Below are positions 9,710 through 18,596 of a stretch of 20,000 bases of DNA, piece after piece. The position numbers and the translations under genes are program-made. Every line of letters starts with the position of its first letter. Position 1 is the stretch's first letter. Below the pieces are notes generated by a model, which was not told the origin of the DNA, did no database searches, and saw only the letters and a list, made by a program, of their open reading frames with translations. Origin of the DNA: Rhizaria sp. SCN 62-66. Its lineage: Eukaryota. The stretch spans positions 46,258 to 66,257 of the forward strand of contig MEDY01000136.1 in the NCBI GenBank assembly GCA_001724265.1. The letters are read 5' to 3'.

Positions 9710-11729
9710 TTAGCCGCGCGCGGCGTAGGCGACGCCGCCGTGGTGGTGCGCGCCGTGGCCGTCCTCGTCCTCGTCGTCCTCGTCGGCCCCGTAGTCGGTC
9801 ATCATGCCGCCGCGGCCCGCGCCGCCGGCGCCGAGCATGAGCCCGCCGCTGCCGACGGTGACGGCGCCGGCGGCGTCGTCGCCCGCGGCGCCCGCGCCGT
9901 CCTGCGCGGCGCCGTCCTGGCCGCGAGCCTGCTGCGCGCGGTACATGGCCAGCAGTTCGTTGGTGCGCTGCTCGATGACGCCCAGGTAGAGCATCATGTT
10001 GCTCTCGGTGACGCCCGTAGATCCCATCAGCTCGGGCGCCACAAGCGCGGAGCAGCCGACCTTGTGAAAGATGGCGTTGATGCCCTCCTTGAGGCGGCCC
10101 ATAGTGACGCTGCTCTCGGCGCTGCGGCGCGCGTAGTCGTCGGCCGTCTTGTCAGTCGCGCTCAGCTGCGACTCAAGCCCCACAAGAAGCTGCTTCTTGG
10201 CTGAGCGCGCGCCCGCCTCGCGCAGCGCCGCGGCCTCGCGCTGCGTCGCCGCCACCGACTCCTCCAGACGCTCGATCTCGCTCGAGAGGTCGTTGACGTA
10301 GTTGAACATGCGAAACGACACGTCCTCGGCCGTGACGAAGGTGTTGACCAGCTCGTCAATGTCCGTGATCTGCGTCGCCTTCTGAATCTTGGCGAAGGCC
10401 TCCTCGTACGTCTGCACCTTGGCCAGCGCCGCGCGGATGCTCTCGCCGTCCTTGCTCACGTCCTGTGAAAGAAAAAGTGAGTAAAACAAGACAAAGATCG
10501 AAGCGCATGAGTGTGAATATCAACAATCATGGAAATACTTAAGTCAAGAAACCAAATGTCAAAGCAATAAAGGATGAGAGACGAAAGTACGTACCTCGGC
10601 GCCGCGGCGCACGCGCTCCTTGAGCTGGCGAGCCTCCTCCTGGGCGCTCTGGCCGCTGCCGGCGGCGACGACCGCGGTGCTGTTGTTGCTGCTGGTGCTG
10701 GCGTCGGGCGCCATAAGCGCGGGTGTGCCGGTGCTGTCGTGCTTGATGAAGGCCTTCTTGGCGCGGTCATCCTCGATGGCACCCTTGAGCTCGCGCCATT
10801 CGGCCTCGAAGGCGGCCTGGTCACGGTCCGCCTGCTCCTTGAGCGCCAGCATCTCGCTCTGCGCCTCGTCGCGCGTCATGTACGCGTCGTTGGTCACCGA
10901 CACAATCTGCTCCATGCGCGCCTTCTTGTCCTGCAGCTCGCGGTTGAGCTTCTTATAGATATCGTCAAACACGGAGCGCTCGCGCCGCAGCGACTCGATC
11001 TGCCCGCGCAGCTGCGTGTTATGTGCCAGCGCCTCGTTGAACTTGACCAGCGCCTTGTCCAGCCGGTTCTCTAGGATGCGGATCTGCTTCTGCACGGCCT
11101 GGTTGTTCTGGCGGAACGCGTTGACGCCGCCCATCTTCTTGCGCTGCTCCAGGATCGACTCGTTGAGCTGACCCAGGTGCTCGGAGAGCTTCTTCACGCG
11201 CTCGCGCTCCTTGGCAATCTTACGCTGATACAGCTCGCCCTGGTCCTGCAGCTTCGCAATCTGCGAAGACGCAGACATGTTGTTCGCCTGCTTAGCCTGT
11301 GACGCGCGATGACAAGATAGCAAGAATGAGAATGTGGGGGAATGTGAAGAAAAGGTGAGGACAAAACATCAACATGAGGTTGTTAAAAGTAAAATACAGA
11401 TATAACGTAGATAATTTTATCGTATAATACTCCTATTGTCGTAAAACACGTTGATCGTCTTCGCTTGCGTGTCAGCAACGTACCTGGCGGGTCTCGAGAG
11501 CGAGGTCCTCTTTAAGGCGCTCGTTGTCGCGCTTGAGCTTCTCAATCTGCTGGCGCTGCATGCGGAGCGTGCTCTGCGACTCCTCAGTGCCGTGGCGGCG
11601 CGAGAGCTCCTTAAGACGCTGCTTCATCTGCTCGTCCTCGGCGTCGGCGGCCGACGCGGGGGGCGCCGACGCAACCGTGTCGCCCAAGCCCTGCGTCGCT
11701 CCGCGCGAGCGGGGCGCTGCGGACGACAT
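9710..11729 (-). CDS. ODAD1: Outer dynein arm docking complex subunit (Chlamydomonas ODA1/DC2; CCDC114/CCDC63 family); exons 11729..11484, 11296..10595, 10462..9710; ~566 aa
   Basis: Coiled-coil protein with family motifs RKKMGGVNA, KQIRILENRLDKALVKFNEALAHN..LR..I..LRRER..FD, YEEAFAKI..AT..DIDELV..F...ED..F.MFNYVN, GVTESNMMLYLGVIEQRTNELL. Two phase-0 GTACGT..CAG introns. Ends TAA. Confidence 0.9.
10463..10594 (-). other. Intron 2 of ODA-DC gene (132 nt, phase 0)
   Basis: Minus strand GTACGT..CTCAC..tttcaCAG; joins RRGAE to DVSKD. Confidence 0.9.
11297..11483 (-). other. Intron 1 of ODA-DC gene (187 nt, phase 0)
   Basis: Minus strand GTACGT..gtcaCAG; joins LETRQ to AKQANN. Confidence 0.9.
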
Positions 11730-12471
11730 CTGCTGACTGAGCGTGTGATGCAACGCAGAGATGGAAAGAAAAAAGTAGGGGTATTCGTGAGTGTGAGGAA
11801 ACAGGCAAGGTAATGTAGATAGATCGAGTGCAGAGAGGCAACAATAGCGCTCGTGGAGGCTTAGACAATCAAATAACGGGGACATGGAGGAGGCCTTCCG
11901 GCAGAGACACGCTTGCGTATTGGTAGGGCATTGTAAAAATAAATAAATAAACAAAACGTGATATTCATAATAAACCCGCTAGGTCACAAAACGACGGTGG
12001 CTTCACGTCCTCCCAGCCCATGAAAGATTGCCCACCTTGCCGTTACTAGTCTCGAGTGACTCGTTGGCCAAGACAGCCAGCAGAGTCGGTGGGCGAGTCT
12101 CTGACCAAGACAGACCGACTGGACTGTGAGGCGGCCTAAGTTCCGTCCGGCGGTCTGGCTCTGGACCGGCGGCCCTCCGACCGAGGACCGTCCGAGGGCT
12201 CGGGCAGCGCCAGGGCCGTCACGCGAATGGCTGCAGCGGTATATTTTGATCGTGTTGGGGATTTGATAATTGTGCTTGGAAAGCCTTTGAGTTGTGTTTC
12301 GCGTTATACTTTGTTTTTTCGTCTCCATAAGGACTATTTTCCCCACTGAGGACAGAGGAGCCGTACCCTCTGTGCTCGCTTGTGTCGACTCCTCTCTGCC
12401 CGCCCGCACACTCGCGCTCACACGCCCTTGTTCTCCTTCGGCCCGCCTAATTTGTCTTTCAGAAGGTCAAG
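11730..12471. promoter_or_regulatory. Divergent intergenic region between ODA-DC gene and NOG1 (putative bidirectional promoter/5' leaders)
   Basis: Head-to-head ATGs at 11729(-) and 12472(+); A-rich left flank and T-rich right flank around a GC-rich core. Confidence 0.55.
12020..12247. ncRNA. Candidate structured RNA/regulatory element of unknown class
   Basis: GC-rich island with nested inverted repeats (12074-79/12228-33, 12084-90/12114-20, 12126-37/12213-22, 12151-68, 12172-99), followed by TTTT. No family recognised. Confidence 0.25.
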
Positions 12472-14894
12472 ATGGTTGTTTACAACTTCAAGACCATTGT
12501 CAAGGTTCCCGCCTCCAAGGGTACGTCACTATCCAGCTACTTTGCGTGCTCTCGAAGACCCCTCTCGAAGAGCACACCTATTCCTCCTCTCTCACGCTCG
12601 CCTCAACTCTGGCTTTCGTGCTCTATGCACCTATCTCGCCTTGATTTATGTTGCCCATCTCCTTTTCTTTCGAATTGTCTTACTTTTCGTTCTCACCCTT
12701 TTCCGTTTTGTCGACTTTTATTCCCTGTTTCGCACCCTCGTTTTTCTCGCCCTCTTCGCTGCTCCCCCTATCATATCTTACACCTTCTCGCTTTGCGGCG
12801 TTGTTGTCCCCCGTCTTAGAGCTGATTGACATCATTCTCTCCCGCACGCAGCGCAAGACGCCGACGGTGTGCCACCGGGGCTGGTACATCCAGCGCATCC
12901 GCGACTTCTACGCGCGCAAGGTGAAGTTCACGTGCGAGTCCTTCACGGACAAGCTGACGCAGATGCTCAACGACTTCCCCCGTGTCGACGACATCCACCC
13001 GTACTACGCGGACTTGATCAACGTGCTTTACTCGAAGCACCACTACAAGCTCGCGCTGGGCCAGATCTCGCAGGCGCGCACGCTCATCGAGAACATCGCC
13101 AAGGACACGCTCAAGTTCCTTAAGTACGCCGAGACGCAGTACCGCTGCAAGTGCCAGAAGCGCGCCGCGCTGGGCCGCATGGCCACGATTGCGCGCAAGC
13201 TGAACACGTCGCTGGGTTACCTGGAGCGCGTGCGCCAGCACATGTCGCGTCTGCCCTCGATCGACCCCAACACGCGCACCGTCATCATCACCGGCTTCCC
13301 CAACGTCGGCAAGTCGTCCTTCATCAACAAGGTCTCGCGTGCCGACGTCGACGTGCAGAACTATGCCTTCACGACCAAGTCCGCGCACGTGGGCCACTTC
13401 GACTACCACAACTACCGCTGGCAGATCGTCGACACGCCCGGTATCCTGGACCACTCGCTCGAGGACCGCAACATCATCGAGATGCAGGCCATCACGGCGC
13501 TCGCGCACCTCAACGCCACCGTTCTCTTCTTCATCGACATCTCCGAGTCGTGCGGCTACACGATCAAGAAGCAGGCCTCGCTCTACTTCATGATCAAGGA
13601 GCTCTTCTCCAACAAGCCGCTGCTGGTCGTTGCCAACAAGACGGACCTGCGCACGCTCGAGTCGCTCGAGGCCGAGGACCGCGCACTGATCGACGCCATC
13701 GCGGCGGACCGCAACACGCAGATCATCCCGATGTCCAACGCGACTGAGGACGGCGTGTCCAAGGTCAAGGCCACGGCGTGCGACATGCTGCTGCGCTTCC
13801 GCTGCGAGCGCTCGCTGCAGTCGGCCAAGATGAAGCACATCGCGAACCGTATCAACATCGCGACGCCGACGCCACGCGACGACAAGCAGCGCGGCGTGTC
13901 GATCCCCGAGGCCGTGCTCAAGCGCCGCGCCGACGAGGCCGCGACGCGCGAGCTGCTCATCAAGAACATGCGCGAGCAGGGCATCACCGACGAGGAGAAG
14001 CTCTCGCGCACGGCCGAGGAGGCCATCGTGGCGGGCCGTGAGAAGCGCGTGACGCTGCAGGACATTGTCGACGCCAACGGCGGGCCGCGCAACTTCATCT
14101 TCGACTACCGCACTTACCACGACCTGGCCAACCCCGACTGGCGGTTCGACTCGGTGCCCGAGTTCATGGACGGCAAGAACGTCGCCGACTTCTACGACCC
14201 CGACATCGAGGCCTGCCTCGACGCGCTGGAGCGCGAGGAGGAGGAGCTGCAGGCCGCCTTCGAGGAGTCCGGGCTGACGGCCAACGACGACGACGAGCTC
14301 ACCGAGGAGCAGGCCATTCTGCTGGCCAAGATCCGGACCAAGAAGGCGCTCATGGCCGAGGAGGGCCGTCTGCGTCACGGCCGTGGCAACGCGCGCACGG
14401 CCGTCATGCCCCGCAACAAGCTGGGTCAGTCGCTAGCCCGCGCGCAGGAACGCCTGGGCGAGATCGGCCTCGACACGGAGAAGTTCACTGCCCTCGTCGA
14501 GGAGCGCTCCGAGGGCCGCGGCCGCGCCCGCAAGCGCGCGCTCGAGGACGCCCGTCAGCGCGGCGATGAGAGCGGCAGCGACGACGACGACGACGATGAG
14601 GACGCAGTCGATGAGCACGGCCGCTCGCGCTCCGTGTCGCGCGCCGTCAGCCGCATGCGCAACCACCCGTCGCACGTGCGCTCGCAGTCGCGCATGCACG
14701 GCCAGACCCCCGAGAAGGGCGACGGTTTCCGCGACGCCGAGAACAAGCGCGCCGCCGAGCAGCGCGGCCGCCAGACACTGCGCCGTCTCCGCGTGCTCTC
14801 CGTCGCCTCCGAAGCGGACCGCCACGTGTACGACTGGAAGCCCAAGCACCTCAACGAGGGCAAGCGTGGCATCGGAAAGACCGACCGCCGTTAA
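12472..14894 (+). CDS. NOG1: Nucleolar GTP-binding protein 1 (NOG1/GTPBP4); exons 12472..12520, 12820..14894; ~707 aa
   Basis: MVVYNFK N-terminus, IDIILSRTQRKTPTV, DIHPYYADL, G1 GFPNVGKS, G2 YAFTT, G3 DTPG, G4 NKTD, VPEFMDGKNVADFYDPDI, C-terminal KPKHLNEGKRGIGKTDRR. Ends TAA. Confidence 0.98.
12521..12819 (+). other. Intron of NOG1 (299 nt, phase 1)
   Basis: GTACGT..gtctTAG, very pyrimidine-rich; G+AG gives Glu before LIDII. Confidence 0.92.
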
Positions 14895-15627
14895 AGCAAA
14901 AGCACTCCTGTTGTTACTGTGCTCTCCTTTTCTTGTTTCTGTCCTTTTCTTGTTGCTTGGTGTCTTTTTCTTCTTCTGTTCTCTTCCTCTTTCTCTCGAC
15001 TTGTCCTTGCTTTCTTTTGTTTGTGTTGTGGAGTGCTGCTGCTGCTTTGTTTGTGCTTGCAGCGCGATGCCGCAATGTTGGACCGAGAGAGAGAACAGAA
15101 AGCAAGGGAAAAAGTGTGCCGAGCACCGTACTTTTCGACAACGCTGCGATGCTTACGCCAGCAAAGCAAGCGACAGTGCTGCATATTACAACACTTTGAC
15201 ACGACCATGTGTTGTCGTGTGTAATGTGTAATGTACACTGTTGCTCTAGTGTCCTTTCAGTGTTAGAGAAAGTTAAACCTTGTCACGATAGTTTATAAAT
15301 GTTAGTATGTTTCCTTCTGCTTGTTTTAGTTAGTTATCTTATACGTAATACGTAATATTCTTTCTTCATTCCTACTTATACAAAGCAAAAATCAATATCG
15401 GATCGTACTTTAATGCGTGATTTAGATTGGAGAAGCTTCGTCGTAATGTATTGGCTATAGGTTTATATAACAGTCAAAGAATGCAACAACGGTACTACGC
15501 GTCGTTTGGGAAGGATAACTGGCCTTCCACTGTACTTGACGCACACACGCATTCGTCAATCGTCGTTTAAGTACGCACAGCTTTGATGCGATTTGCTTGC
15601 TTGCTGTCGCGGCCCGCCGGTCGCCGC

Positions 15628-17335
15628 TCACTGCTTGGCCATGGTGGTGATGACGGCGTTGCTGCGGTTGTTAGCCCCGTTGACGGCGCCGACCGCGAGC
15701 GGGGCCATGACCGCCGCCGACGGCAGCGACGACGCCGCGGGCGCGTAAATCGACTGCGTCTGCTGATGCGCGCCGCCATCGGCGCTGGCGACGCCGCCAC
15801 CGCCGCTGAACTGGGCCTGCGCGAGCGCGTTGCGCGCCGTGGCGGGCTGGTGGCCGGCGTAGCCGACGACGCCGCGGCGGATTGTTGCCAGCTGGTCCGT
15901 GTTGTCGAGCCGCGCGCGCGCCTGGCCGGGCGGCGCGTGGCGGAGCGCGTGCGCGCTGCCACTGTCGCTGTCGCCGAGGCGCGCGGCGGGCAGGTGGCCC
16001 GCGTAGCCCGCGGGCACACCCGGGAAGACCTTGCTCGTGCCGGCCATCAGGTCCGCCGTCGAGTAGGGCAGACTCGCCGCCGTCGCGGTGGCCATGAGTC
16101 CGCCGGCGTCGGCGCCCAGCGGCCGCGTGCGCTGGCGCGCCGTGAGCGGGGAGATGCCGGCCAGCGAGCCAGTCCCGGGTTCGCCCGACACGCGCGCGCG
16201 CGAGAAGGACCGCGCGAGCGCGTCGCTGCCCACGGCGGCCGCCACGGCCTCCGAGTGCGCCGCGAGCGCCGCCGCCGGGTCCGTGAGGTCCTTGCGGTAG
16301 CTCGATTGAGCCTCCGAGGGCCACAGCGAGCGCGGCGGCACGCTCCAGCGCTGCGTGAACCCGAACGACTGCGTCACCGCGCGGCCCGCGCTCGCCGCGG
16401 CCGCGCCGGCCGTCGCGCCGGGGTTGCCGCTGCCGTAACCGCTGCTGTTGACGGCTCCGGTGGCGATGAAACCGACGCCGCCGCTGCTGCTGCTGCCTTC
16501 GTCATTCGCACTGCTGTAACTGCTACTGCTGTTGCCCGCGCCGTCGGCGTGCGCAATCTGCCCCGCAGTGCGCCGGACGAAGCCGGGCCCGCGCAGCCCC
16601 GCGCCGCGGAAGCCAGTGTAGTAGGCGAGCCCGTCGTTGCGCGAGGAGCGCGCGTCGAGGCTCTCCTGGCGCGGCAGCTGGGCGGAGAAGCCCGCGGGTC
16701 GGCGCGCGGCCAGCGTCGCGCTGTACGTCGTCTCCCACTGCGCCGCGCCGGGCCCGCGTGAGCGGTCGCGCGCCTGCAGCGTGTGGGCCGTCGTCAGCGT
16801 GTCGAACTGCGTGAACGCGGCCGACTTGGCGGGGACAGGCGCGGCAGCCGCGGCGGCGTCACCGTCGGCGTCGCCGTCGGCCACGGCGGCGGCCGCGGCG
16901 CGGAGGCGCGTCTGCGTGAGGTTGGACTTGGACATGGCAGAGCTGGGGCAGGTCCAAGGCCGGTGGCAGAGCCCGTACTCAGAGCGCGGCGGCAGCGCGC
17001 CCGCGGAGTAATTCTCGGGGAAGTAGGCCGAGCGCTTGCTCTGCGTGCCGTGCGAGTTGGACACCCACGTCGTCGAGTCCATCAGAGAGCTGCGCAAGTG
17101 CGTGTGAAAGATACGGGTGATGAGGGAAGATGAGAAAGGTGTTGTGAGTGTGCGTGGGTTTGGGATTCGAGACTAAAGAAGATAGCTTCTGGAGAGGATG
17201 ATGTGATGCTGTTGTGACGTACTTGGGGCGGTGCTCGAAGTTGCCATACTTGAGGGCGGGGGCGTCGATAGGAGGAATATAGTCCCGCTCGAAGCGCTCA
17301 ATGTGTCCCGTGTAGCCGGGGAGTTGAGACGACAT
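15628..17335 (-). CDS. Uncharacterised GYxGH(xP)-repeat protein, probable ciliary microtubule inner protein (FAM166/CIMIP2 or PYG-repeat-like); exons 17335..17223, 17089..15628; ~524 aa
   Basis: Spliced ORF MSSQLPGYTGHIERF..; repeats LPGYTGHI, YYTGFRG, PAGYAGHLP, VVGYAGHQP; also WETTY and SSYRKDL segments. Ends TGA. Gene model is solid; function is inferred from motifs. Confidence 0.7.
17090..17222 (-). other. Intron of GYxGH-repeat gene (133 nt, phase 2)
   Basis: Minus strand GTACGT..ttgcgCAG; AA+C gives Asn and keeps frame. Confidence 0.85.
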
Positions 17336-17762
17336 CTCTGCACGATGCACGCGGTTGCCCAGAGAAGTGAGTCGTCAGTGCGAAGCAATGACCCAACACA
17401 AAAGGATGCAGGGGGGGATACAGAAATGATGTTGGCGTGATATAAATGAGGACAGTATAAAAATCAGTGCGAGTAATTTGGAAATGTTTGTAACTGTGAG
17501 TTCAACGGTGTCTCTGGACCTCCACATGAGGTGAAAGTTAGCTGCCGTTACGTCTCTCAACCCAACCGCGACCGATCTCGATCGAGCCGTTTTGTTTGAT
17601 GTCTTATGTGGCCCGAAATTCGAGCATACATTTCTCCATTATCCGTCGTTATTCCCTTCTGAATCTTCGGTTTTCCTTGTTTCTTTTATTGTCTCTCAAC
17701 GATGTTTCAATTATACCTCAATCTTTCTATTTTCTGAACGCATAGAGCCAAGAAAAGTAACG
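17336..17762. promoter_or_regulatory. Divergent intergenic region between GYxGH-repeat gene and centrin (putative bidirectional promoter)
   Basis: Head-to-head ATGs 427 nt apart; purine/pyrimidine skew flips near 17500-17590. Confidence 0.55.
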
Positions 17763-18275
17763 ATGTCCTCATTGAACAACGCCTCTTCGTCGTCGCGCCC
17801 GCCACTGGGCTTGGGCGCGCGGTCCAAGCTGACTGAGGACCAGAAGCAGGAGATTAAGGAAGCGTTTGACCTGTTTGACACGGACGGCTCTGGCACAATC
17901 GACCAGCGCGAGCTTAAGGTAGCGATGCACGCGCTGGGCTTCGAGCCGCGCAAGGACGAGCTGCGGCAGATGATCGCCGAGGTCGGCAAGACGGGCGCGG
18001 GCGCCATCGACTTCAGCGACTTCCTGCACATGATGGCCGGCAAGATGGGCGAACGCGACGCGCATGACGAGATCCTCAAATCGTTCCGCCTGTTCGACGA
18101 CCAGAACACGGGCAAGATCACGCTGGCGAACCTGCGGCGCGTGGCGAGCGAGATTGGCGAGGACGTCACCGACGAGGAGCTGCAGGAGATGATCGACGAG
18201 GCTGACCGCGACTGCGACGGCGCCATCAACCAGGAGGAGTTCTTCCGCATTATGAAGAAGACCTCCCTCTACTGA
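17763..18275 (+). CDS. CETN: Centrin (caltractin), 170 aa, intronless CDS
   Basis: [96 protein letters not shown]. Ends TGA. Confidence 0.97.
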   Translation: MSSLNNASSSSRPPLGLGARSKLTEDQKQEIKEAFDLFDTDGSGTIDQRELKVAMHALGFEPRKDELRQMIAEVGKTGAGAIDFSDFLHMMAGKMGERDAHDEILKSFRLFDDQNTGKITLANLRRVASEIGEDVTDEELQEMIDEADRDCDGAINQEEFFRIMKKTSLY

Positions 18276-18596
18276 ACGATGGACAAACTAGCAAGTGCTA
18301 TCGCTAGGACCTCTCAAGTCACACTGTGAGAAGGAAGTGGCCAAACCGCTTTACTTTCTCACAGCTTCTTATTTCGGGCCATACTGAATACATATAACAC
18401 AACTTTTAGTTTAATTCTGTATACTTTTGTATTATATTCTCATATTGTGATGTTTTATCACTTGAACTTTGCGAAAAATACTACTATAGTAAAACATACG
18501 GGGGGACAGGACAGTAAACAAACAAACGAGCGAACATCGGTCAAAGCAAACAGCGTATATGAGCGCGACTGCGACTAAAGATGGCTGTCCCCGGCC

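Noticed and set aside
12648-12819. Hydrophobic N-terminal extensions on the NOG1 ORF (also centrin 17592-17762 and ODA-DC 11730-11954)
   Set aside because: Translation of pyrimidine-rich intron/leader DNA; true starts are identified by conserved N-termini or the compositional shift.
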